DNA of 52,085 nucleotides, the filler included, from Jimgerdemannia flammicorona (lineage: Eukaryota), in assembly GCA_003990765.1 (NCBI GenBank). It is 2 parts of 2 records of this genome, joined end to end, with 100 filler letters (N's around TTAATTAATTAA, not from the genome) between each part and the next. Parts side by side here need not be neighbours in the genome. Positions count along the whole stretch, not along the records: positions 1 to 25,993 come from RBNJ01000768.1; positions 26,094 to 52,085 come from RBNJ01000769.1. One strand, given 5' to 3'. Under the pieces are notes generated by a model that saw nothing but the letters and a program-made list of their open reading frames with translations, was not told where the DNA came from and did no database searches. Shown piece by piece: positions 24,419-38,180 of this stretch (its first letter is position 1; every line of letters begins with the position of its first letter). Both the position numbers and the translations under genes were made by a program.

Positions 24419-25984
24419 GTCCAGTTGCAGTGCGATATCTTCATTGTCGCTGAACAATCTTGGACTTTGATGAGGTTCTTTAAAATCGGCTAGCATTTTT
24501 ATCATCTCCACAACAGCCCCATGAATTCCTTCTTCTTTTACCATTTCCCCAATCGATTGCAATTGCTTGGTATTAAGCTAGAAAAGTTTTCAGATTATAG
24601 GTGAAAATGAAATAAATTAACCGGAGACAATACAGTGCTATTTATTACCTTGCCGAGTGCCTGTAAACATCTTTCCGCGGCCGGTTCCAGACTCGTCCAA
24701 GAGATCTCATTCAGCGCAGTGGCGAACATCAACTTTAAGCTTGATAAATCGGCATTCGACAATATGTCGGGAACGATGTTGTACTCCGAAATGTCTAAAA
24801 TTCGCCAATAAATTGGTCTATAAAGGAAATAGCTTGTAAGAATTCAAACCAAAAACTAAATAAAAGAGTGGCAAGTTATATACGCAAATACTTACTTTGA
24901 CGCCAATTCGTGACTTGCATCTGTAGTCAAAATCGCCGTTTCATGCTTTTTCATCACTTTTGGCAACCAGGTGGGCATTTCATACTCGAATTCCCAAACT
25001 GGACTGGGAACAGACTCAAGCCTTACTCTTTTTGTTGGTTCTTGATCATTGTCTTCACTCTCACCGTCTTTCTCAACTAGAGAAGTTTTTCGCTTTTCCG
25101 GCTGATCTCTCTGACTTATTTCCTTCAGAACGCAAGAAACAGATGCATTCTCATCTTGCTGATCACCGCCATAATATTCTCCATCCTATGATAAATGTGG
25201 TATCAGAAATAAACTTTATGGCCATGCCCGTGCTTCATTATGAAAAAAAGATTCTGACCTTGGCGTCATTTGCATCGTCGATATTTTCATTGTCTTCCAC
25301 TGCATCATCCCCGTTCTCGTCACCCTGCAGAAATTCAGAAATTCAGTAATTACATTCTCTTTGTACTCATTACATTAAAGGTCAAAAGATCGTTAATTAC
25401 CTTGTTTGTTGCGTCAAAAGCATTCGAAACCATATCTGTCATATTTGTATCATCTCGATCATGCTTCCGGATATTCTTACCTGTTTCCATTTCGGCATAG
25501 AATGAAAAGAGCAATTCTTATGAATGGCAGAAGTTTCATTACCCTCGTTGCTATTATCACTTACCCGGGTTACTAGAAGGCGTCATTGAATGGAGAGTAG
25601 TCAACTTGTCGCATGTCACGTGCACCTTTACTTCCGAATCATACAAGTGTCCGTTTGTCTATTAAAGTAATAACATCAACACAATCATTGAATACAATAC
25701 CAATACCTTTACATCCATTTCATTATATACGAACATAGCCCTTTTGGACTGAAGAAACGTTTCTAGCCCATTCAAGAGCTTGGTGGCCTTGTTATGGGCT
25801 TTCTGGCTTATTGACTTGTGTGAAGATAGGGAACGAAGTTGATACGTTAATTCTGCTCTAAATTCCTCACGTTCCTGGGATGTAATGTGCTTGCATGTCG
25901 TCAACAAGGCATCGAAGCAATCGGAGAGAGACCATTTTCGTAGGGAACTTCATTGAAGTAGGCAATAGCATGTGAAATGTCCAT
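24419..25984 (-). pseudogene. 5' part of the host gene interrupted by element B
   Basis: ATG at 25984 (MDISHAIAYFNEVPYE, then frameshift, WSLSDCFDALLTTC...). GT-AG spliced exons include RPIYWRILDISEY... and LNTKQLQSIGEMVKEEGIHGAVVEM..., ending at the LTR junction. CpG is retained. Confidence 0.6.
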
Positions 25985-25993
25985 TCTAAAAAA

Positions 25994-26093
25994 NNNNNNN
26001 NNNNNNNNNNNNNNNNNNNNNNNNNNNNNNNNNNNNNTTAATTAATTAANNNNNNNNNNNNNNNNNNNNNNNNNNNNNNNNNNNNNNNNNNNN
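25994..26093. other. Artificial 100-bp contig linker (N44-TTAATTAATTAA-N44)
   Basis: Symmetric N runs around a 12-mer with stop codons in all six frames. Confidence 0.95.
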
Positions 26094-26203
26094 TGGCAGG
26101 TTGTTATAATTGGTGGTGAAGATATCTTGATATTTGTTGAAAAGTTCTACTAGTTGTTGCTGTTGTTGAGGTGTCAATTCTTCTCCAATGTTGGTGGAAG
26201 GCT

Positions 26204-29200
26204 TCACTGTCTCCTGGGTCGCAGAGGGGCCTTTCCTTTCTTCTGAGACCTTTTGCCATTTCCCAATAGGTTTAGTTCATAAACCTCCCTGTGAGTTCGG
26301 TTGAGAAAAGGTACCAGATGTCCTATGATGCTTCCTTTTGGTAAGATGATGGTCTCTCAACTTTGGTTGGTTGCTTGGGAGTGTACTGGGTTCATCTTGT
26401 CAGGGAATGTGTGTCCCTCTATGTCCAGGTGTGGGATATCTTCCCTGGGTTCAAAGAAAAGATTCCTGGGGTCAGGTGGTACAAATATTTCGAAAGTAGT
26501 TTGTTCTCCAGGTTCCAGGATGAGATTCTTGTGCAGTCTGACTGGTTGCTGGTATACTTGCTGGGGAACATTCCTCTTGAGGTGGTTGACTTGAAGGAGA
26601 TATACCTCTTTTCTGTCTGAACTTCCAAATCCCTTGGCTTGTCTTGTTCCTTCAGTTAGTTCAGAGACTTCCTGTAACTGTGGGGTCTTGACCTTCATGA
26701 AGACTGCTTGGGCAATCTTCTGTCCTCTAATGATTCGGTGCCATTCTGCACTGCTGTTGTGTAGGATGACCTTGATTTCGCCTGTATATCCAGGGTCAAT
26801 GATTCCTCCTTCTACAGTTATCCCTTGTCTGGCAAGTCTGAACCTTGAGGTCAGTTGAATATAAGCTCCTTGAGGTGGCTGTATGGCTAATCCAGTTCTG
26901 ACCATGAAGGTTTTTCCAGGCTTGATAGATTCATCCCCCAGGCTGTGAAGATCATATCCTACATCCTCTGGGTGGGCTTTGGTCGGGGGTTTGGCCTTAG
27001 GGTGCAGCAGGGCATACTGGGCAATGTCCTTGCTGAGTTTGGGCTTTCCTAAGGCTGAAGCTCCACTAGCGGAAAGCCTCCAAGCTCTAAGGTTGAGGTG
27101 TGGCCATCTGGCTCCAGTAGAGGGGTCTCGGAGGTAATTGATTCCCCTCCTTCCTGTAGGGTCAAGGGCTTCCATGAAGTTGGTGGCATCTTCTGCCCAT
27201 CCTTGGCAGGTTACATGTCTGATGAGAGCTAGGAGGTCTTCTCCCAAATCATAAATCTTGAGAATTCTTTTTCCAGGCTTCTTGGTCTGGCTTTTTCGAA
27301 TCTGACTTTTTCAGATCTGGCTTCGGTTATCTCCTTTCTTCAAGGTGTGCACTGCAACATCATAACTGAGGTGAATCTTCTGATGTCTGCAGTCTTGGCA
27401 ATCAGGGTGTCTCCTATGGTTACAATATCCCATTGCTCGGAAATGATGTTCCCGGCTATTTATCTCTTGTTGTCTTGGGAATTGGTACCCATCTTGATCA
27501 TAGGTTGGGGGAAGGGTAGACAAGGGGTATATTTCTGTTCGGGTAAAGAAGCCTTGTCCTCTAAATCAACTTTGTAACCTTGTGGTGACTTCTTGAAAGA
27601 TAGTAGACTGTGCAAGAGTAGTTGGGGGTTCTGGTCTCTGGGGTCTCTGTCTTTCTTATTGGTCCAACAGATGACACTGATAGCAGTAGTCTTGAGGAGA
27701 GTGGAAGACCATCTGATGTGGACATCTTCCTAGCTGGAAAGCTTTCTCTTGGTGGGTTTCTTTCTTAGGGATAATGGTGATAGTACTGGGTCCTTCCTCT
27801 GTATTCCAGGGGTCATTGTCTTCAGGTGGTGTCCAGTGAGGGTTATTCCAGGGGATGAGTTCGGGGACTTCTTCTTCATCAGGTGCTTCTTGTTCAGGAA
27901 CTTCTTGGTCAGAGTTTCTTCTTCCTCAGATGATTCTTGACCCCAAATTGCTTGTACTTCTGCAGCTTCAGTTGCAGGTATTTCTGGAACATGTCTGCAT
28001 TTCTTCTTCTTTCTTCTGTACTCTGGGCAGGCTGTACCAGGCGATTTCCTTGTTCCCATGATCTTGGAGGAGTGCTCGGGACACTTGTGTCTCTTGAGGC
28101 ATGTGGGGTATCCTTTGGCTTCTCCTGCAATGGCTCCAATGGTGATGGGGATGGTGTTCTTAGCCCACACATTGTCTTCTGGTCTGTCATCCACCAGGTT
28201 AATTTGGGGATTGAGTCTGGGATCATTTCCATCTTCAGATTCTTCTTCTTCTTCTGTGGTAGATTCTTCACTGCTGGCATACTCTTCCTGAATAGTGACC
28301 TTCTTCTTTTTCTTCGATTGCTCATAGCTGGTCACCTTAACTCTGTACTTCTTGCCTTGGTAGTCAAACTTGAGTACTTGTTGGCTGATGTCAACAACTG
28401 CATTCATTTCCTTCATCCAGTTGGTACCAAGAATCATGTCATAGGTGACAGCTTCAGTAACAACAGCTTTGGAGATAGAGAACTGAATGTGTCCAAGAGA
28501 GATGGTGATATTTCATACTTCTCCAAGGGGTTGAGTTCAGGCTTCATCTGCTACTATGATGCTAAGGTTGGATAGTCCATCAATGGGCCATTGAAGGGTA
28601 TCTAGGAATCATTTGGCAATGACACAGACAGCTGCTCCTGTGTCTATGAGGATCTTCGCTTTTTGTCCTCCAATATCTCCATATAAGTAGGTGCTGACAT
28701 GTCTTTCAGCTGCTTGGACAGGAATAGAAGCTGGTTCTTGCTGTGGGATTGGAACTCGCCCAGTGCTAGATCTGGTGGTTCTCAGCAATTTGTTTCGGAC
28801 TCCAGCTGGTATCAGTTGCAAGAACTGGAGGAGAGGAACTTCCATCTTGGCTTCTTGAATCTTCTGCCAGGCTTCATTGTAAATATCTCTAGACATGGTC
28901 TTCAGAGTATACTTCTTCTTAGGCTTTGGAGCAGCAGGTTCCCATTCTTCTTGTTCCATTTCTTCATCTTCTGGTGGCAACTCATTTGTCTCAGGGACAA
29001 AAGGTGAGAGAGTTCAGGGGGGTGTTTCAACTTGTTCCTCCTCATGTTCTTCATCTTCTTCTTGGATGATTCTTCTGCTGATATTCCTGGATGGCCTTCC
29101 TACAGGTCTCTTTCTCTTTTCTGCTGGGTAAACTGTTTTTCGGGTGGTAACCTTGGTAGGGTACAAGTCTAGGTCACTGTAGTCTTCACTGTTGCTTGCT

Positions 29201-30203
29201 TCCTTGAAGTCTTCGACAGGATGGGCTTCAGTCTTTTTGTACTGAGTGTCATTCCTTTGGTTTGCTGGTTCTGAGTCCCTTCAGTCACTTCTTTTGTTGT
29301 CACATTTAGTGGCATAGTGTTTGAATTGTCCACAGTGGAAGCATTGGACTTGGGCTCTGTCTCAGACAGAGTACCTTCTTTCTTCTTGCTGGTAATTCCT
29401 GTTATCTCTTGGTGGGTAACCTTGGCTCCTCTGTGGTGGGTTCCCTCTGTTGTTTTGGTAATCCTGATTTTCGCGTATGGTGAGTTTTTCGATCTGTCCA
29501 ACCAATCAGTCTAACTTGGAGCTGAGATCTTGGATTTCACTTCTATCCTTCTTTCCTTCTCTGGCTGGCCTTCTTTCTTCAGATCTTTCTTGTCCTTGAA
29601 GGAGTCCTTACAGGGCCTTGACCAGGATATCTTCTTTATCTTCCTTCTTATCATGATCACTCCAGGTAGTTCCTTGCCTGACATCAAAGAATCCTTGGGC
29701 TGCATCTACTTGCTCTTCAGACCTTCTGATACCTAGGGTGTGGACATGCTGGGCAATATTCAGGGGAATTCCATTCATGAAGGTCATTGGACCATGATGT
29801 CTTGGTTGGTGGCATTGAACCTGGCAGAATGCATTCTCTTCTGGATTCTTGTGAAGAAGGCTCTGGGTGATTCTCCAAGATTCATCTTCATTCCCATGAT
29901 GGATTCCTGAGCCTTGTGGTGGGTTTCATTTCCTGCATACTTTTCGATGAGCCAGTGGACCATGGCCTCATATTCTAGCTCATCAGACATTGCTGCTTAT
30001 ATCTGTCTTGTTAGTTCTGAATCTCAGTTGTTTGCTGTTTGATGGAAAATTCCTCTGGCTGGTTCTCTGAGCTGGGCTTTGTAGATGGCGATTTTTCTTT
30101 CATCTGAGAGGTTTCTCAAGGCTGCAATTCCTTCAATTCCATCAAGGAATTCTCTGGGATCCTCCTCTGGGTATCCTGCAAAGGTTGGCAATGAGGTGGC
30201 CAT
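26204..30203 (-). pseudogene. Element C ORF1: gag (CCHC) - protease (DTGA) - Cys/His-rich insert - dUTPase - dUTPase-like remnant
   Basis: MATSLPTFAG start, CFHCGQFKHYATKC, ILIDTGAAV, DVGYDLH...GGIIDPGYTGEIKV...RQAKGFGSS. Confidence 0.9.
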
Positions 30204-30761
30204 TTCATTATCACTTTCTTCTGATTCTGGTTCAGGTTTAAATTCTGATTCTGATTCACTTTCTGAACTGTCACTAGAGATAGAGGTGCTTGGGTATCTT
30301 GAAGATGGTGTTCTGGTCCTTGGGTGAGGTGGAATAGGTCTAGGTATTCTTGTAGGAGCTACTTCTGGTTCTGCAAGGGGTTGTGGTAGGGGTTCTATTG
30401 GTGAGATTGGTGGGACGGGTGTGGGGTGTCTGGCTGTAAAGTATTGGGTCCAGGTAATAAAGTCTTCTAGTTCTTGTGCAAGTTCTCCAAAATCTCTAGC
30501 AGGACTGCCTGTATTGTCTGGTTGATCTGGTTGAGGATTTCGAGCTGTACTGTCTCCTGCTTCTGGTTGGGATCCTTCTGATACTGGGTAGTTGGCAAGT
30601 CTTGAGGTGATTACTTCTCTTCCTGTCCAAATGCTAGTGATGACTGGTTCTCCTGTAGTGGCAGAGGTTGGTGTTGTATCAAATGTATCCAGTTTGACTG
30701 TGGGTTCTTGTGAGCTGAAAAGTCATGTTGATTTTAAAATCTTCCCAGTTGAGTCCCCAAA

Positions 30762-32194
30762 TGTAACATGCCAGCTCAATGGAGGCAAATTACAAGGTTG
30801 GGGGTTGATGTAGTTTGGCTTGAGCCCCCAGTTACTTTGTCAAAAAGCAACAAAATGTTCTAAGATTTCTGAGGTCCTTGTTGATGTTTAGTGGTATAAT
30901 AGTCAAAGCTGGATATCTGTGAGTGATTTCCTTATTGGGACAGTTCTCTGGGTGTAGCGGCAGTTTGTGTGAATGGGTTTCCTTCTCGGGTCAACTGGGA
31001 ATGGTGGAATTTGTATAGCGTGACAGTCTGGCAATTTAGCAGTTCTCCTTATGCGATTTTTGCATGACGATCTCTGTGTAGTGCGACGATCTCTGCATGA
31101 TGATCCTCATGTAGCATGATGATTTCCAAAAGTATGCGATTTCTGGCAGATGACTCGATTTAGCTCACTGGGAATTGTATGGCATGGATTCTTCTTCTGG
31201 GAATAATAGCTCAGATGGCGCAGATGATTCGAATAACTGGGAATAATGCTGGTGTCCGATTCTCTGTATTGGGCTCACTGGGAACAACGAATAACTTGGA
31301 TGGTGCGGATTCTTCCTGAATCAGCAGGTTCTTTGGGGAATACGATGGCGCGGATTCTTCCTGAATCGGCGACTTCAACTGGGAATATGGCGGATAACTT
31401 GAAAATGGCGGATGACGCAGATTCTCCTGAATCAGCGGACTTCTTGAAAAAGGCGGCTTCAACTGGGAATAACTTGGATGGCGTGAGTTCTTCTGGATCG
31501 GGCTCTTCTGGGAATATGAACAACTGGCGGCGTTCTTTGGGAAAGGGTCTCTTGGCAAAGTTACATCAAAGACTGGCTTTGTTTGCACGGGGTTATGTTG
31601 TAGACTGGCTCCACTGCGAAGTTGCATCAGGGACTGGCTTGTGGCAAGGCTCTCTGAGAATGCAGAAACTGGGGTTCTTCAGGCTTATCTGGCAAGCATA
31701 TCAATAGCATGGCTTATTCCTTAAGCAGCGGGTTCTTCAAAAGGCGGCAAAGTTCTTCCTTGAACTTAGCAGCAAATCTTCAAGCTTTGTATTGGAAAGT
31801 GGACTGGAGTGGGAATAAGGGGACCAATTGCTCAATCTTTAGAGGCTTCTTTGGTTTGCACTTCAATTCGGACTGAGGTGTTATTCACTCTTGTCTCTGG
31901 GGTAATTTATACAAGTTGGTTGCTATCTGGTTACTATGTGGCTAACTATAGATCTGCTACTTATGGCAGGTGTACAGAGTCTGTACGGTGTACAGGACCT
32001 GTACAGTGTACAGAGTCTGTACAGTGTACAGAGTCTGTATGGTAAACAGACCCTTTCTGGTATGTCTGGCTATTTATACAGTTTTTCACAGCAATGGTTG
32101 CTAGTTACTATGCTGTGTATTCATGTCATCTTGCCTAATTGTTCACATCATCTGGTTAAGATATAATTCAGATGATACATTTTGGTTTGTCACA
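30762..32194 (-). repeat. Element C 5' LTR (~1.43 kb), diverged from the E LTRs
   Basis: Inverted termini and a U5 similar to E 42960-43221. Internal degenerate repeats. Confidence 0.9.
31970..32041. repeat. 4 x 18-bp palindromic tandem array (GTGTACAGAGTCTGTACA)
   Basis: Read directly. Each unit contains TGTACAG-N3-CTGTACA or a close variant. Confidence 0.92.
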
Positions 32195-35100
32195 CTACAT
32201 AAAAAGTATATAATATATTCATAATACTTAACAAAAAAGCTACCTATACTAAAGATATCAATAAAGAGTTCAAAAAATTAATCAGTAATCATTTTTATAA
32301 GAAACATATATATATAAGAGAATCTATCAAAGCTATAAGTGAACATTTTCTGAACTTTCACTCTAATGACAGTTATTATAAAGTTAAGACTTTCCTAAAT
32401 TATAAAAGATACTCTATCAACTAGAGAAAATCCTATCTTTATTATTAAGTCCTTTATATATAAGTAAAAATAATTCAATATTAAAAACTACAGACTGCTG
32501 GATCTAGAAAATCTCCAATTATATCATCTTGATCTAGAAGAGTAATCAAAGAAATACTTGAGTCTGATACTAGTGATCTCAGTACTACTATAAACCTATT
32601 ATCAAGAAATCAAACTTACTAAAAATTATTATAGAAGATCTAGCTATAACTCTATCAAGATTACCAATCTATAAACTGATCACCAAATTCACCCATCTCA
32701 GTAATATCATAAAAGAAATAACTGCATACTATACTACTCCTAAGATAATAGTATCTAAAGAAAAATCACTACTACTCTATTACTCAGATAATAATGAAAT
32801 AATATCTATAGAAAAAAAAATAGTAGTCCTAACTGACTAAGTAGTCATTCTCACCCAAGCCCTTCACCTCAGTATCAAAACAAATAAATCTACAAAAGAC
32901 TTTTGACTTATACTATTTAAGGAAAATATAGACTAAGTAATAGTATTTATAAAATAAGTTAATACTAACTATTATATTAATAGATAGAAAGATTACTATA
33001 TTTCAAACAGTACTCTCATTAACTATAAGTACTATGAGATTGAAGACCTCTATGCAACTGCAGACTAATAAGTAGAAAACATCACCACACATTTTATAGC
33101 ACAGCTATTCAGTGGTAGTATAATCTCTCAGTATACTTCCTTATTTAGAAAATCTGTGCTGAAATTATAGCAATTTATAGAAGTAATAATCAATCTGACT
33201 ATAAAGCTTATTCAGCTATCATAGGTCTAAAAGAGTTGATCATTTAATAGTTTTGCAGTTCTGCTCATATTACTGAAGTCAGAACTAAGCTCAAGAATCT
33301 CTAATTTTATAATAATAAAAAAGAAGATCTAGAAGTCTTTACAACAAGACTAGAGACTCTTCTAAATACTATAAGAGTAAAATATAGCTAATAAGAATAG
33401 ACAGTGAATAGAACAAAGAGCATCATACTTCTTTGATACTATACCAGATTGATTATTAGAAAATATCTATAAATAAGAATGACTCTATAATTGTCCACAT
33501 AAGTAATAGTATTTAGGATAAGTTGTTATCAGAGTATGTACTATTCTAGCAGCCCAAAGACTAAGAAAAACAGAAACAATAACAAGAGAGACAAATGACA
33601 ATAATTTGAAAAGAAGTATGATTCCAGAATAACTCTCAGAAAATACAAAAAGGATATAAGAGACTATCTGATAAAGAAATCAAAGAACTGAAGAGAAAAG
33701 GAGTACACTTCTACTGTAAAAGACTGGGCATATGTCTCATAATTACAGAGACAAGAAAAATAAGATCAATATAAGTAAAGAAATACTCTCTTTACATACT
33801 ATCACTATGATAGAAAATAATCCTAAAGAAATTTCTAAGAAGATCAAGATCCAGAGATTTTACATTACTATCAAAATTCCAGATAAAGTATGTGAATCTA
33901 ATGCTGGCTATAACCTCTACTTAAATATAGAAATAACTATTGAATCTGATAAGTAAGTAACTGCCAGCATAGGTATCAGTATAGAAGTCTCAAAGAGAAT
34001 CTATATTTGACTTATAGAAAGAAATAGTCTTATTAAGAATCAAAGGCTATATATAGCTAGAGGAGTTGTAAACTAAGAATTCTAAGGAGAAATCAATTTC
34101 CTGCTATATAACATAGGATAGAAATTAATTGAAATTACATATAGAAAATAGATTACTTAAGTCATTATCAAAGTAATATATAATAACCTTGAAGTGAAAG
34201 AAACAAATGAGCTATCACTCTCTGATAAGAGAGAAAAAGCCTTCAGATTAACAGAAAAGCATCCTGTTAAAGCTAAAGAGAGGACTAAAGTATAGAAGAT
34301 TGTTTACATTGAAGAACCTCAAAACCAGAACTAGAAATCGTATCAGTACATATAGATAGATATATTCCAGTTGGATAATATCTCCACAGAATTAAGATAT
34401 ACTACTTTGAGTATATTAGTAAATATATGTATTATGTATATTTTCAAATTTAAGAAGTATAAGCTAACTATTCCTAAATAACAGAATAAAGAAATTAAGA
34501 ATATTGATAATAAAGACAGAGAAGCACAAGATTGAAAAAAAGAAACTACTTCAGAAACAATTACTATCTAGTAGAAAGACAATTCCAAATATATTCACTT
34601 ACAGGAAAAAATTGAAGGAAACTCTATTGAAGTCCTCATTAACAGTAGAACAAGCAAGTACTATCTTAATAAAAAAACTGCTGATAAATTTAACCTCAAT
34701 GCAAAGAAACCCAGAAGGCTATATTACTATCTTTAGTAATGAAACTCCTTAGAAACTCTCTAAAATATCTAAGAATATACTTTTATAACTTGGAATAAGA
34801 CAGATCTTCTATATTATATATCTTCTAGAATATAATCTCATCTTTGAAAAATTCTGGCTTATATAGGAAAATCTCTATATCAATTAGAAAACCAATATAA
34901 TCTCTTTGAAAAATATTAAAGTACAATCAGAGTATATTAAAAAGAAAGCAAACCTCAACTATAATATCATTTCTGTTATTCAAATAAAAAATCTAATTCA
35001 AAAACCAGATTAATATACATATATATATATATACTATTAAAGAATTACCATTAAAGGATGATGATGATAATGATCTTTCCAAGTTACTAAAGAATGAAAT

Positions 35101-38100
35101 TAATAAAGAAGAAAGTCTTCAAAAACTACTCAGAGAATATAAAGATATTTTTCAAAAATCTCAAGAGCTACCATCTATGCAATAGTAAAATATAGCATTA
35201 AGACTATCTCTAGTGCAGACTCTCTCTACTGTAGAATCTACTATCTAGTATAGTTCAAGCTAAAAACTCTTAAAGAATAGCTAATAGACTTGTTAAAAAA
35301 AGATCTTATCTAATTGTTAAAATCACTATATAGTATATCAATCCTCTTTATTTATAAGAAGAATAGAAGTCTTTATATATATATCAATTATATATAGAGC
35401 AGTCAATAAGATCTCTATCAAGAACTATTATATACTTCCACATATTGATAAGCTACTTGATTAAGTATATAATGTCAAATCTTCTTACTTATTAATTTTA
35501 TATCAGAATACTATCAAATTTGTATCAAAGAAGAAAATATTCTGAAAATAGCATTTTTAATAAGATTTAGATACTATGTATTTTGCATAATATCCTTTAG
35601 TCTTACTAATATACTAGTAATCTTCCAGATATTAATAAATGTTATTTTTTAAAAATACTTTGGAATATTTGTTCTAGTATATCTGAATGATATCTTAGTA
35701 TATAGTACAAGCAACTCTGACTACTAAAAAATATCTCCAAATGGTTTTTGATATACTTTGTGAATATAAACTCTCAGTAATAAAAAAAGAATAATCACTT
35801 CTTCAAAAAGGAAATTAAATACTTAGAATATATTATTTCAGCAAAAGATATTACTATTAACTCAAAGAAGACTAAAGCAATCCACAATTAGCCTATTCTG
35901 AAGACTCTCAAGTCTCTATAAGGATTTAACAAACTAGTAAAATACTATTAATAATTTATTAAAGAATTCTCTATAATTACCTTTCTACTTATAAGTCTTA
36001 TTAAGCAAGCTCATCTTTCTATATAACTATCACTACAATAGCCCCAGAAATGGCACAACTATTTATTGACAGTATGGTCTACCTCTATAGATTACCATCA
36101 GTAATTATCTCTAACAGAGATATAAAATTTATAAATAATTTTTGGTAAGTATTCTTTAAAGACCTAGAAATATAACTCAAGAAGATATTTATTATATATT
36201 ACCTATAGATAGATAGTCAAATAGAACAAACTAACCCAACTCTGAAGCAGATACTTAATATCTACTATAGTAATAAATAGAATAATTCTAATCTTAGCTA
36301 AGTTTATATATAATAATAGTACAAGTATACATAAGTACTAAAATGACCTCATTCTATCTAAATCATAGATAACATTCTTAGACTCTCACAACTATTATAC
36401 AAGCTATAGTATTAGCTATATAAGAAATTTCTAATACTATATAAGATAATATTTAGTAAATATATAATACTCTTATAGAAGTATAAAGAATATAAGTAAT
36501 ATATATCAATAAAAATAAAAGAGAAGTTACTTATAAAAAAGATAAATATACTAATAACTGATTCTAGATAATATAAGTCTAAAGAAAAAACTCAGACTCT
36601 GCTATATTGGATCATTCAAGATCTTAGAAAAATACAGATCTGTTATATATAAACTAGACCTTCTAGTAACTCTAGAAAGAATCTATTCAATATTTTATAT
36701 ATACATATATCTCAACTTTAGCTATATATGTATCTTAAATATCTTCAAAAGAAGAATCTGTACTATATCCAGATCTAATTATCATCAATCAGTAACTAAA
36801 ATATAAAGTTGATTATATTTTAGATTATAAGAACTGATAATTTGAATAAGCTGCTAAGTCTATCTGATACTATTTAGTAAAATAGAAAGATTATTCTGAA
36901 TATAACACCATCTAGAAAAAAGATAATAATCTTTTACTAAATATAGAAAAAGTAGTAATCGATATAAATATTATAATAGAAATTTCAATAAAATTTTAAA
37001 GAACAGTCATCTTTCTGATAAAATAAGTAAAAATATTTCTGAATATTATATAGATAACTCTTTACTATATAAATAGCCAACAATGATATTATATATAAAT
37101 AAACCAAAAACAAGATTATTATAGCTATTCTCATAACTATCAAATACTAATAGATCTCTACCAAACTACCCTCTATCAGTATATAAATTTTCAAAAGCTC
37201 TGATCCAAATAAAACTAAATAATATCTTAGAAAAATATATACAATACTTTCAAGTCTTCTACTATTAATAGAAACTAAAAAAAAAAACTATAAAATAGAA
37301 CAGATTATTTATCAAAAAACTATCCTCAGCAAAGTCAAATAGTTATTCTGTCTTTTTATCAATAACTATATCTATATTATTATTAAGAGACTATATATCT
37401 TCTTTTATATATAATCTCAAGTTCTTGACCACTTCTATAGAATATTCTCTAAGAATATTACCAACTTGACTAATGAATACTAAAGTGATATTATCTTTTA
37501 AGTAGTTTAATATACAGCCCTTCAGTTTGATAAATATCTGAAGTTTAGTATAGAGTCAAATATGTAGATTTTGATAAAGAAGAGAAAAATGTAACATTGT
37601 TATATAACTACAAGCTACTGAAAATTACAACTAAATTTTCAACAGAATTTCCAATAAAAATATCAACAGAAATTATAATAGAATTTATAATAGAAATTTC
37701 AATATAATAGGTATAGATACTATATATAGTATAACTATATATCAACATACTATATTTAGCCATAGCCTCAAATATGTATAAATATCCTCTATACTGAGTA
37801 TATTTTAATCTCAGCTCCATTTTCCCCTCTCAATAATAAAGAAGTATTCATATCAAAAACTCTCAGACTCAACTTGTTAATAATTCTAAGTCTGATTAAC
37901 TTATAATATAAGTATGGTACCTCTACTCTATATAAGAATCTAAAAGTAATACTTAGACTACACCTCAACAACAGGTACTTATAACTTAGTACTTCTTCAC
38001 TAACTTAGAACTTAGAGCTAATACATAGTTATCTCTCATTATCTGCAATATATTAATTCTATCTATATATAGTTTTATTACATATATAAAATTATTAACT

Positions 38101-38180
38101 TTACTTTAAAATATATAGTTATTATTATTAAAAACTATAATCTTTTCATCATTATTGTTATCTTATTATAACTTAGTACA
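32195..38180 (+). mobile_element. Element D: highly degenerate, AT-shifted Gypsy chromovirus relic related to family A
   Basis: Relic motifs in order: knuckle (HFYCKRLGHMSHNY, ~33710), NAGYNLY dUTPase (~33900), RT (VYLNDILVYS, ~35680), integrase core, chromodomain (YLVK*KDY, ~36870), purine tract 37576-37589, then TGTAACA at 37590. The right boundary is approximate. Confidence 0.8.

Larger units (their letters stand above)
26094..32194 (-). mobile_element. Element C: Ty3/Gypsy family 2, 5' half (LTR, gag, PR, Zn-rich insert, dUTPase, start of RT), truncated by the assembly gap
   Basis: Internal region is the reverse complement of element E about 43222-47865. LTR 30762-32194 (TGTGACA...TGTTACA on the minus strand). 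PBS about 30743-30759. Confidence 0.94.

Noticed and set aside
26038..26049. TTAATTAATTAA palindrome
   Set aside because: Artificial six-frame-stop linker inside an N gap. Adjacency of the two sides is not evidence of biological linkage.
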